The notes beneath the pieces were generated by a model. The model saw only the letters and a program-made list of their open reading frames with translations, searched no databases and had not been told where the DNA came from. From positions 69,068-133,067 of the forward strand of contig JBBISF010000001.1 of assembly GCA_037441425.1 (NCBI GenBank): 64,000 nucleotides of DNA. Reading direction: 5' to 3'. Below, one piece after another: positions 18,683 through 27,792 of the stretch (the stretch's first letter is position 1; each line of letters begins with the position of its first letter). The position numbers and the translations under genes were made by a program. The DNA is from Verrucomicrobiia bacterium (GTDB lineage Bacteria; Verrucomicrobiota; Verrucomicrobiia; Palsa-1439).

Positions 18683-20140
18683 GTGGCTGACGATCTGCCC
18701 CGGCAGGCTTGGCGCTGGTGGCTCCCATCAGTAAGTCAATGGTTGTGGCTGCTGCTCGTGTGGCTGCTGCTCACACCGGCATGGCGAACCGTCATGGTGT
18801 CGGCCGATGGCGATCCGTGCATGCATTGGGCGGTCGGCAAATGGATGCTGCAGCACCGGGAGATTATGCAGGCCGATGTCTTTTCCTACACCCGGTCCGG
18901 CGCGCCCATTATTTCCACGGAGTGGCTGGCGGAGGTGATCTTCGCCTTGGCCGGGCGGTGGGCGGGTTTGGATGGTCTCGCCATCGTGGCGGCGTTTGTG
19001 ATCGCGACGACGTTCGCGCTGTTGCACCGGCAGTTGGTCCGCGAGGGGGGCGACTTGTTGGTGGCCACCGCCGTCACGTTGCTGGCGGCATGGGCCGCCA
19101 CGAACCATTGGCTGGCACGCCCGCACGCGTTCAGCTTCCTGATGATTCTGCTGTGGCACGCTGCGTTGCGCGTGCACGAACGGGACGGCAACGCCCGACG
19201 GCTTGTCATGTGGTTGGCGGTTCTGGCAGTCTTGTGGGTGAATTTGCACGGCGCGTTTATCGCCGGTTTTTTCGTGCTGGGCGCGTATTGGCTCGGCGCG
19301 TTCGTGGAACGGGACCGTCGGAAACTCGGCCAGTTGACGCTCGCCGGTGTGGTTGCCGGCGCGGCCACGTTGCTCAACCCCAGCGGCTGGCGGCTGCACC
19401 TCCACAACCTCGAATTCCTCCAATCCAAGTTCTTCACGGGCTATCTCGCCGAATATCAGTCCACCAACTTTCAGGCAGCGAGTGGCGTGGGGTTTCTCAT
19501 TTGGTTGTCGCTGCTGTTTCTGGTGCTGGTGTTGAACCGGCCACGGTGGACGGCCGGCGAGATTTTCCTGTTGCTGTCGTGGGGGTACTTTGCGCTTTAC
19601 GCCGGCCGCAACATCGGGCTGCTCGCCATTCTCACCGCGCCGCTCGTGACGCAGTCCATCGCGCTAACCGGCGTGGGAGCGCGCCTGTCGGCCAGACTGC
19701 GGCGACTCAATGAAGCAACCGGCAGTTGGCTCCTGATGGTGGCGCTTGGCGTGGCCGCCGTGATTTTCCTGCCGCCGAGCGCCAAGATGCCGCCCAAGAC
19801 TTGGCCGGTCCCGGCCGTGGAATATATCCGCCACCACCCCGCCGAGTTTACCGGCAACATGCTTAATCAATACATGTGGGGCGGCTATCTGATGCTGTAT
19901 TTGCCGGAACATCGTGTGTTTGTGGATGGCCGGGCGGATTTCTACGGCGAAGCGTTGGTGAAGGATTTTCAACTCGTCACCTCCCTGCGACCCGGTTGGC
20001 AGACCCCGCTCGAAAAATATCATATCACCTGGACGTTGATGCCGACCGACCATCCGTTGAATCAAGCGCTGGCGCTGCTGCCGGGGTGGCGGCAAGTGTA
20101 CACCGATCCGGTCGCCACCATCTGGCGCAAGACCCCATGA
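18683..20140 (+). CDS. GT-C-like polytopic membrane protein, paralog A of a tandem triplet
   Basis: GTG start with a perfect AGGAGG 6 nt upstream. The upstream part of the 656-aa ORF is antisense overlap. Motifs VMVSADGDPCMHWAVGKWML, WVNLHGAFIAGFF and WGGYLMLYLPEHRVFVDGRADFYG. Confidence 0.6.
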   Translation: MADDLPRQAWRWWLPSVSQWLWLLLVWLLLTPAWRTVMVSADGDPCMHWAVGKWMLQHREIMQADVFSYTRSGAPIISTEWLAEVIFALAGRWAGLDGLAIVAAFVIATTFALLHRQLVREGGDLLVATAVTLLAAWAATNHWLARPHAFSFLMILLWHAALRVHERDGNARRLVMWLAVLAVLWVNLHGAFIAGFFVLGAYWLGAFVERDRRKLGQLTLAGVVAGAATLLNPSGWRLHLHNLEFLQSKFFTGYLAEYQSTNFQAASGVGFLIWLSLLFLVLVLNRPRWTAGEIFLLLSWGYFALYAGRNIGLLAILTAPLVTQSIALTGVGARLSARLRRLNEATGSWLLMVALGVAAVIFLPPSAKMPPKTWPVPAVEYIRHHPAEFTGNMLNQYMWGGYLMLYLPEHRVFVDGRADFYGEALVKDFQLVTSLRPGWQTPLEKYHITWTLMPTDHPLNQALALLPGWRQVYTDPVATIWRKTP

Positions 20141-21537
20141 ATCAGCGCCTGCCTGTCATCGTTTTCCTGGGGATGGTCGCCGTGCTGGCGACCCATTGCA
20201 TTTACGATCCGGATGTCTGGTACCATCTCGCTGTCGGCGATCACATTCTCACCACACACCAAGTTCAGCACACCAATCTGTTCTCCTTCACCTACCCCCA
20301 GCATCCATGGATTGACGTGTATTGGCTGTATGACTGTCTGCTGGCCGCGCTGTGGCGGCTGGGCGGGAGCTTGTTCGTAATTGCGCTGAAAGTCTTGTTG
20401 AATCTGGTGTTGGCGGCGCTCGTGGTGTTCGGCCTGCGAGACCGCCGTCAACAATTGACCGGTGGGGAAACCACGGTGCTCATGCTGGCGTGGTTGGTCA
20501 TGTTGCCCCGGCTGTCGGATCGTCCGGAGTTACTGAGCTATGTCCTGCTGGCCGCGGTCCTCGTCCTCATCCGGCAAGGCCGCCTGTGGTGGTGCATCCC
20601 GATTCAAATCGTCTGGGCCAACGTCCACAGTCTGTACTATCTGGGCCCGGTGCTCTTGTTACTATACGCCGTGGCCACGCGGCAGGCGCGGGTGTTACCG
20701 GTCGTGCTGGCTACCGGTCTAGCCTGTCTCGTTTCGCCGTACGGCTGGAACAACTTGCGGGTGGCCGGTGAACTCATGCACACCTTGCGCGTATTGGGCA
20801 ACCAAGTGCAGGAATTCCCCAGCCCGTTTCACCCGCGCGCCTGGGCCAGCGGCGCCAACTCGCTGCTGTTCCTGATATGGGTCGTCGGGGGCGGCCTCCT
20901 CCTGCTCCGGTCGTGGTCCCGACAAACGTTGTTTGATGGATTCATCATCCTGCTCAGCGTCGGACTGGCGATGCGCACCCAACGCGCCGTCCCGCTGGCG
21001 GTGCTCTGTTCCTTGCCGGCGGTCCTGTTGGCCGTCCGCCAGTTGCCGGCAACCAATGGCGTGTTGCGCTGGGTGGCGGTTGGGTTCATGGGGCTGATCG
21101 CCGGGGATTTTCTGGCCGGCACCCACTACCTGATCCGCTCGCCCCGAGGTGATCTCACGTTCGGGATCCGGGTGTATCCCCGGAATTTTCCGAACTCGGT
21201 CGTTGATCTCCTGACCGCGCTGCCGCCCTCGGCGCGGGTCGCCAACGTTCATTTTCATACCGGCGGATTTCTGATTTGTGCGTTTGCGGGCGCGCGACCG
21301 GTTTTCATTGATCCCCGCTTGGAGGCGTATCCCCGCGAGTTCATCGCCGCGTACGATGCCAGCCTTCAAAGCGCCCAACGTTTTTCACAGTTCACCGACC
21401 GCTTCCGGGTCACTCACGCACTGATCATCAAAGACAACGCGGAAGCTTGCCGGCTGGCCCGCTGGCTGGCGGGCGACAAGGGCTGGCGCCGCGTTTCCGG
21501 TAATGAGCAAGCCGAACTTTACGAACGCACCCCATGA
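20136..21537 (+). CDS. GT-C-like polytopic membrane protein, paralog B (more diverged)
   Basis: The ATG overlaps the upstream TGA (ACCCCATGAA). Motifs DPDVWYHLAVGDHIL, VWANVHSLYYLGP and C-terminal PVFIDPRLEAYPREF. Confidence 0.6.
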
Positions 21538-23030
21538 ACAATCGCTCGTCTTTTCCCCGCGTTCTCGTGCCCTCGGTTGGCGTCGGCCTCTGGGTGATTG
21601 TGTTTCTGATCCTGACCTTGTCGAATTGGCGCTTCGTGTTGGTCAGCGCCGATGGCGATCCGGCGCTGCACTGGCGTATGGGCGACTGGATGCTCACGCA
21701 TCACGCCATCCTGCACACCGATCAGTTCTCACACACCCAGCCGGATGCGCCGTTCATCACCAAGGAATGGCTGAGCGAGATTCTCTTTGCCGGGGCGGGC
21801 GACCGTCTGGGGTGGAACGGATTTGTGCTGGTGGCGGCCATCCTGATCGCGACCACGCTTTGGCTGTTGCACCGGCAACTGCTCACTGAAAACTGTGAGC
21901 CGTTGCTGGCCGCCGGGTTGGTGGTGCTGGCGACCTTTGCCATGTCGCAACACTGGCTGGCGCGCCCACATTTGTTCACGCATTTGCTCGCCTTGCTGTT
22001 TGCCCTCAAGCTGCGCGCGTTCGCCCGCAATCGACTGCCGGTTACCCGGTTGTTCGCGTGGCTGGTTCCGCTCATGGTGATGTGGGTGAATCTGCACGGC
22101 GCGTTTTTCATCGGGTTCGTGTTAATTGGCTGTTACTTGGTGGGGATGGTTTTGGATCGCGCGCAGTGGGCCCGGTCTAAAACATTCGCTTTCGTGTTGC
22201 TTGGTTGTTTGGTCGCTTCTTGGCTGAACCCGAACGGTTGGAATCTGCACGCCCATATCATCCGCTTCATCCACAGCCCGACATTGACGGGTTACACCAA
22301 CGAATTCCGCTCACCGGATTTCCATTCGCCGGCGATGCACGGGTTCCTGCTGCTGTTGCTGGTGGTCGCTGTCCTGTTGACCTGGATCCGGCCGCGGCTC
22401 GCCAAGGCCGACATTATCCTGCTGGCGGTGTGGGGTTATTTTGCGCTCCACTCGGTGCGCAACATCCCGATCTTCGCCATCGTGGCAGTGCCAATCTTGG
22501 GTGAATATCTCAGTCATTGGCTGCGGGAACGCTGGACCGGTGGACGATTGCCGGTCACGCAGCGCGTCGCCGAGCGCTTTCACCGGTGGCAACCGGGGCG
22601 CGCCGGGGCGGGCGTGATCGTTCTGACGGTTGGTCTCGTGGTGTACGTGATGCAAACCGGGCGGCTGCGCACCGATTTACTGCCGGATCGCTTTCCGGTG
22701 CAGGCGGTGGAATTTCTCCGGCAACACCCGGAGCAGATTCATGGCGAGATGTTCAACGCCTATGGCTGGGGGGGGTACTTAATGTTGGCGCTGCCGGAGC
22801 ACAAGGTTTTCGTGGACAGCCGCAATGATTTCTACGGTGCCCGGTTCATGAAGGCATTCGATCGGGCGGACAAAGTGCAGCCCGGCTGGGAAGAGGTCTT
22901 TCAGAAATACAACGTCGGCTGGACGTTGCTGCCGGTCGCGCATCCGTTAAACAGTCTGCTCGCCTTGCAGCCCAAGGTTTGGAAGGACATTTATCGCGAT
23001 CACGTCGCGGTGATTTACGCGCGCCGGTAG
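21534..23030 (+). CDS. GT-C-like polytopic membrane protein, paralog C
   Basis: The ATG overlaps the upstream TGA through the same ACCCCATGAA junction. Motifs VLVSADGDPALHWRMGDWML, WVNLHGAFFIGFV and WGGYLMLALPEHKVFVDSRNDFYG. Confidence 0.65.
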   Translation: MNNRSSFPRVLVPSVGVGLWVIVFLILTLSNWRFVLVSADGDPALHWRMGDWMLTHHAILHTDQFSHTQPDAPFITKEWLSEILFAGAGDRLGWNGFVLVAAILIATTLWLLHRQLLTENCEPLLAAGLVVLATFAMSQHWLARPHLFTHLLALLFALKLRAFARNRLPVTRLFAWLVPLMVMWVNLHGAFFIGFVLIGCYLVGMVLDRAQWARSKTFAFVLLGCLVASWLNPNGWNLHAHIIRFIHSPTLTGYTNEFRSPDFHSPAMHGFLLLLLVVAVLLTWIRPRLAKADIILLAVWGYFALHSVRNIPIFAIVAVPILGEYLSHWLRERWTGGRLPVTQRVAERFHRWQPGRAGAGVIVLTVGLVVYVMQTGRLRTDLLPDRFPVQAVEFLRQHPEQIHGEMFNAYGWGGYLMLALPEHKVFVDSRNDFYGARFMKAFDRADKVQPGWEEVFQKYNVGWTLLPVAHPLNSLLALQPKVWKDIYRDHVAVIYARR

Positions 23031-24416
23031 CTAGCGGATGGCGTCGGGATCAATACTGAACTTTTTGAGTTTGGCGTAGAGCGTCGTGCGGCTGATTTGC
23101 AGTTGTTCCGCCGTGCGTTTGATGTTGCCGGCGTGTTGCCGGAGGGTGCTGAGTAGGATTTGCTTCTCTGGTTCTTCGAGTTGATCCGCCAACCGGGGCG
23201 AAACCTGAGCGGAGGAGACTTGGGAGAGTCGCTTGGGTAAATCGGTTTGCTCCACCAGGGGCGATTTGGCGAGCACGACCGCCTGCAACACCACGTTTTC
23301 CAGCTCGCGGACGTTGCCCGGCCACCGATACGCGTTCATCAGCGCAATGGCCGGGTCGGTGAATCCGCGCACGTCTTTGTGGTGTTGCCGGCTGAACCGG
23401 CGGAGAAATTCCATCGCCAACAGAGGAATGTCTTCCACCCGTTCGCGCAGCGGCGGGACGCGGATTTCCACGACGTTCAGCCGGTGGAACAGGTCTTCCC
23501 GGAAACGTCCGTCCGCCACGCACTCTTCCAGTGCTTGGTTCGTTGCGGCGACAATCCGCACATCCACTGAAATTGGTTTCGCTCCTCCCACCCGCTCAAA
23601 GGTCCGGGTCTGCAAGACGCGCAGCAGTTTGGCCTGCACCCCCAGATCGATGTTGGAAACCTCGTCAAGGAACAGCGTGCCGCCGTTGGCCCGTTCGAAC
23701 CGGCCAATATGCCGGTCGGTCGCGCCGGTGAACGCGCCTTTTTCGTGGCCGAAGAGTTCGCTTTCCAACAATTCGCGCGCGAGCGCCGAGCAATCCATCG
23801 TCACCAGCGGTTTGCCATGCCGGGAACTGGCTTCGTGAATGGCCCGCGCCACCAACTCTTTGCCCGTGCCGGTTTCACCGAAGATCAACACGTTCGCGTA
23901 GCTATCGGCGATGGTCTGGATCAACTCGAAGATGTCCTGCATCTGCGCGTTGCGGCTGATGATGCCGTAGAATCCGGGGGCGGGTTCCGCCAGCAGACCC
24001 CGGTGTTGCGGATCGGCTAAATCCGCCCGCACGCTCCGTTGTCGTTGCTGAGCGGCTCGGATTACCGACTCGCGCACCGCCTCAATCGACGGCGCTTGTA
24101 GCCCGCGCTCTTGGTAATCAAAGACACCCAGTTTCGTAGCTTGCACGGCTTGAGTAACCGATGGTCTGGCCGTGCAGATGATGAACATCACATTGGGATG
24201 GATCTGCCGAACCTGTTCGAGGAACGCATCGCCGTTTGCACCGGGGAGGTTAATGTCGGCCACAAGAAGATCGATACCGCGTGCCTGCAACAACAACAGC
24301 GCATCATCAAACGTATGGGCCGAAAGCACTTCAAAGTTGTCTTTGATGAGCGCCTCAGACACACCCAACGTCCAAGACGCATCGGTGTCCAAGAGTAGCA
24401 CTTTGAACTTTGGCAT
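23031..24416 (-). CDS. sigma-54-dependent Fis-family response regulator (NtrC-like: REC + AAA+ + HTH)
   Basis: Receiver KVLLLDTD...LLVADINLPG. Walker A GETGTGKELVARAIH. GAFTGA motif HEKGAFTGA. C-terminal Fis HTH RTTLYAKLKKF. Start ATG at 24416 (MPKFKV). Confidence 0.85.
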   Translation of the reverse strand: MPKFKVLLLDTDASWTLGVSEALIKDNFEVLSAHTFDDALLLLQARGIDLLVADINLPGANGDAFLEQVRQIHPNVMFIICTARPSVTQAVQATKLGVFDYQERGLQAPSIEAVRESVIRAAQQRQRSVRADLADPQHRGLLAEPAPGFYGIISRNAQMQDIFELIQTIADSYANVLIFGETGTGKELVARAIHEASSRHGKPLVTMDCSALARELLESELFGHEKGAFTGATDRHIGRFERANGGTLFLDEVSNIDLGVQAKLLRVLQTRTFERVGGAKPISVDVRIVAATNQALEECVADGRFREDLFHRLNVVEIRVPPLRERVEDIPLLAMEFLRRFSRQHHKDVRGFTDPAIALMNAYRWPGNVRELENVVLQAVVLAKSPLVEQTDLPKRLSQVSSAQVSPRLADQLEEPEKQILLSTLRQHAGNIKRTAEQLQISRTTLYAKLKKFSIDPDAIR

Positions 24417-24482
24417 GTTCAGCCGTCGCTTATGAGTGTCAACCGTCGCCGGGAACTTTCTCGGACCGACTTGGCAGATTCT

Positions 24483-24497
24483 CTGGACAGTGTCCAG
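24483..24497. promoter_or_regulatory. perfect 7-1-7 palindrome CTGGACA-G-TGTCCAG upstream of the sigma-54 regulator gene
   Basis: It lies about 70-80 nt upstream of the minus-strand ATG at 24416. Confidence 0.35.
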
Positions 24498-24641
24498 CAA
24501 CCGATGAGCCAGACCCAGATGAACAGAGCCAATCCAGCCGCATGGCAGCGCATGTTCATAGCCATCCGAGCCTTGTTTGTCAAGGCTGCCGGAGCGGTTA
24601 AGACAGCTTACCGGGACTAGGATGACACAGCGGTGAACATG

Positions 24642-24923
24642 TCAAAAAAGAGAGAGCCGGTAATCTTCGATGACCAAATCGTGCGAGTGCTCGATGAAGT
24701 CAACAATTTTGGAGAGAATCTGGTTGGTAAACTGCCGGTCGTTGCCGACGGTTACCACAGCCAAGACGGCGGATTGCCACTGGTCGTTGTCTTCCACCTC
24801 GACAATGGAGATGTTAAAGCTGCGGCGCACCCGGTCTTTCAAGCTCCGCAGAACTATCCGTTTCGCCTCGAGCGAATCGGCTCCGGGAATTGAAATCTCA
24901 ACCGCTAACGCGCCAATGACCAT
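24642..24923 (-). CDS. DUF503-family small protein
   Basis: A 93-aa protein, MVIGALAVEISIPGADSLEAKRIVLRSLKDRVRRSFNISIVEVEDNDQWQ, typical of DUF503. Confidence 0.55.
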   Translation of the reverse strand: MVIGALAVEISIPGADSLEAKRIVLRSLKDRVRRSFNISIVEVEDNDQWQSAVLAVVTVGNDRQFTNQILSKIVDFIEHSHDLVIEDYRLSLF

Positions 24924-24929
24924 CCAGCA

Positions 24930-25712
24930 TCACATGCCCATCACTTCGTATCCGCAATCCACGTACAACACCTGGCCGGTTGTCGCGGTGGACATCTCGC
25001 TGGCGAGAAACAGACCGGCTTGACCCAGCTCGGACGGTTCGAGGTTCCGTTTCATCGGCGTGTGTTCTTCGTAGTGCTTCAGCATCTGTGTGAAACCGGA
25101 AATGCCGCGCGCCGCCAAGGTGTTGACCGGTCCCGCGCTGATGGCGTTGACCCGGATTTTCTGCGGGCCGAGGTCATACGCCAGATACCGGACACACGCT
25201 TCCAGCGACGCCTTCGCCACGCCCATCACGTTGTAATGCGGCACCACCTTTACCGCGCCATAATACGACATCGCAATGATCGAACCGCCGTTGGTCATCA
25301 AGGGGGCCGCCGCCCGCGACAGAGCCACCAGTGAATAGGCACTCACGTCTTGCGCGATGCGGAACGCTTCCCGGGAAGTGTTGATGAATTGCCCTTCCAG
25401 GGCATCTCGCGGCGCAAACGCCACGGAATGCAGCACCATGTCCAGCCGGCCACCGAAATCTTTGGCTACATTCTCAAAGACCCGCGTGATGTCTTCATCG
25501 CGCGTCACGTCACAGGGATACATGGGTGTGTCCGGCCCAAACGTGCCCACCAACTCCTCCACATTGTCCTTGAGCCGTTCTCCCTGGTAGGTGAACGCCA
25601 GCCGTGCTCCGGCTTCCGCCCACGCCTGCGCGATTGCCCACGCGATTGAGCGTTTGTTGGCCACGCCGAACACAATCCCGGTCTTGTCCGTCAGCATCGA
25701 ATTGGATTGCAT
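24930..25712 (-). CDS. fabI: enoyl-[acyl-carrier-protein] reductase (NADH), FabI
   Basis: GIVFGVANKRSIAWAIAQ, the Y-x6-K region (YNVMGVAKASLE), and FabI family length. Confidence 0.9.
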   Translation of the reverse strand: MQSNSMLTDKTGIVFGVANKRSIAWAIAQAWAEAGARLAFTYQGERLKDNVEELVGTFGPDTPMYPCDVTRDEDITRVFENVAKDFGGRLDMVLHSVAFAPRDALEGQFINTSREAFRIAQDVSAYSLVALSRAAAPLMTNGGSIIAMSYYGAVKVVPHYNVMGVAKASLEACVRYLAYDLGPQKIRVNAISAGPVNTLAARGISGFTQMLKHYEEHTPMKRNLEPSELGQAGLFLASEMSTATTGQVLYVDCGYEVMGM

Positions 25713-25754
25713 AGGGGGCGGATTGTCTGAGAAACCGCCGGCCCCGTCAAGCCG

Positions 25755-27692
25755 TCAGCGCAAATACGTATCCAATACCCGCAGCACTTCCGCCACGCTC
25801 CAGGCTTGGGCGAAACAACCCACCGGGTGGTGCGGTTCGTCGCCGTCGAAGATTTCGGAGATTGAACCCAAACCGGCCTCCTCCAGGTGCGCGAACAAAG
25901 GCTGCAACAACCGCGCCATTTCCTTCTTCTGCGGCTTACCCGGGCCGTGGACTCGGGCGTAAGCGTCACAGTACGGGCCGATCAACCACGACCACACCGT
26001 GCCTTGGTGATAGGCGCAATCGCGTTGCCAACGATTGCCGGCATAGCGGCCCACGTATTTCTCGTGCTGGGGCGACAAGCTGCGCAACCCGTACGGCGTG
26101 AGCAAATGTTGGGTGACCACTTCGAGCACGTGCTTTTGCTGCGTTTCATCCAGTGGCGAGTACGGCAGGCTCACCGCAAAAATCTGATTGGGACGCACGG
26201 ATGGGTCCCGGAAATCCTCGCGAACGACGTCGTAGAGATAGCCGCCCTCAGAGAACCAAAACGCTTTCAGGAAACTTGCCGCCACCCGGTCGGCTTCCTT
26301 GCGCAACGGCACGGCGGCATGAACGTCGGCGGCCACTTTTTCCTCCAACTCCGCCAGCATCAAAAGCGCATTCAACCACAGCGCATTGATCTCGACCGGC
26401 TTGCCGTGTCGCGGCGTGGGCACGTACCCGTCCACCTTCACATCCATCCAGGTAAGCTGCGTGCCCGCCTTGCCGGCCGTGATCAGACCGTCGGCGTCCG
26501 CATGAATGTCGTAGCGCGCGCCCGCCGCGTAACCCTTGATGATGTCACGACCGGCCGGCAAGAGGGCGCGGGTGCCGTCCTTGTCGCCGGTCGCCCGCCA
26601 GTATTTCCATACCGCCACCACGAACCACAATGCCGCATCCACGGTGTTGTACTCGGGGGTCTCGCCGGCATCGGGGAAGACGTTCGGCAACATCCCGCAG
26701 TCGCAGTACTTCGCATACGTCTGGAGAATCTGCCGGGCGACGTCGTAATGGCCAGTGGTCAACGTCAATCCCGGCAGAGCAATCATCGTGTCCCGACCCC
26801 AATCGGTAAACCACGGGTAACCGGCCAGCACGGTCAGATTGTCTTTCCCGCGCCGCGCAATGAACGAATCCGCGGCAATGATCAGTGCCCGCCGCACCGG
26901 GTCGGTTTCCCGGTCAAACTGGCTCCGCCGTTCGCGTTCCCGGGTCAACAACCCTTCCGCCTTGCCGTTCTTGCCCTCGGTGGAAACGACGAGATGGGCC
27001 GTTTGTCCAGCCGGCAGACGAAACGTCAGTTCAAAGGGCGTGAACAGGTCTTCCTCAAAATCCAATCCCCGTTCCTGTTCTATCGGGTAGATGAATCGCT
27101 GATACCAGTCCGGTTTCGTTTCAACCGCGTCGGGCCGGCAATGAAAATACAAACGCGGCAAGCCTGGGTACGGTTGAACGGATAGCCCGCGCTCGTTTCG
27201 CTCGACCGACAGATTGACGGTGTCGTTGCGCTCGGTGAGCGCGTTGTAATCCCGGCAGGCCAGCAACGGTCGTAACCGGAGTTCGATCGGGGCGCGCGAC
27301 CGGACATTCCGATAGCCAATGACGACCGTATTCTCGCCGTGAACCAGCGTGACCGTTTTCTCGATTTCGAAATCGCCGGTCACGTAGCGGAACAGCGGCC
27401 ACGGACGCAGTTGAAACTCGATTTGGATGTTGAACCCGTGGGGATACACCGTGCCGGGATAGAGATTGGTGGACAAATGCGCGTCGCCGACCTGTTCTTC
27501 GATTTTCGAGAGCAACACGTACCGCTCAACCGGCGGTTTGAGGGAGGCGACCAACAGACCGTGTTGCCGGCGGGTGTTGGCGCCGATGATGGTCGAACTG
27601 GCGAAGCCGCCGATGCCGTTGGTTTCCAGCCACTCCTTGGAGAGGGCCGTCTTAAGATCCTGACAATCTGTTTTGCCGAAGCTCGTCCGCAC
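25755..27692 (-). CDS. glycogen debranching enzyme (amylo-alpha-1,6-glucosidase family, GDE_N plus (alpha/alpha)6 barrel)
   Basis: N-terminal EWLETNGIGGFASSTIIGANTRRQHGLL and C-terminal GTVWSWLIGPYCDAYARVHG are typical of archaeal-type GDE. Confidence 0.8.
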   Translation of the reverse strand: MRTSFGKTDCQDLKTALSKEWLETNGIGGFASSTIIGANTRRQHGLLVASLKPPVERYVLLSKIEEQVGDAHLSTNLYPGTVYPHGFNIQIEFQLRPWPLFRYVTGDFEIEKTVTLVHGENTVVIGYRNVRSRAPIELRLRPLLACRDYNALTERNDTVNLSVERNERGLSVQPYPGLPRLYFHCRPDAVETKPDWYQRFIYPIEQERGLDFEEDLFTPFELTFRLPAGQTAHLVVSTEGKNGKAEGLLTRERERRSQFDRETDPVRRALIIAADSFIARRGKDNLTVLAGYPWFTDWGRDTMIALPGLTLTTGHYDVARQILQTYAKYCDCGMLPNVFPDAGETPEYNTVDAALWFVVAVWKYWRATGDKDGTRALLPAGRDIIKGYAAGARYDIHADADGLITAGKAGTQLTWMDVKVDGYVPTPRHGKPVEINALWLNALLMLAELEEKVAADVHAAVPLRKEADRVAASFLKAFWFSEGGYLYDVVREDFRDPSVRPNQIFAVSLPYSPLDETQQKHVLEVVTQHLLTPYGLRSLSPQHEKYVGRYAGNRWQRDCAYHQGTVWSWLIGPYCDAYARVHGPGKPQKKEMARLLQPLFAHLEEAGLGSISEIFDGDEPHHPVGCFAQAWSVAEVLRVLDTYLR

Positions 27693-27792
27693 CAGCGTGT
27701 GTTTCCGGCTGAATTGCCGGTGATGTTACACCCGCGCTGCCGTCACGGGAAGAAAATTGTGTTCTACCGCTGGACGCGAGCGCCCTGGACGG

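Noticed and set aside
18709-19713. 334-aa ORF on the plus strand (alternative frame) and 231-aa and 183-aa ORFs on the minus strand
   Set aside because: They are out of frame with, or antisense to, paralog A. Paralog A's frame has collinear homology with paralog C.
25887-27185. 432-aa ORF on the plus strand
   Set aside because: It is antisense to the glycogen debranching enzyme gene and is low-complexity.
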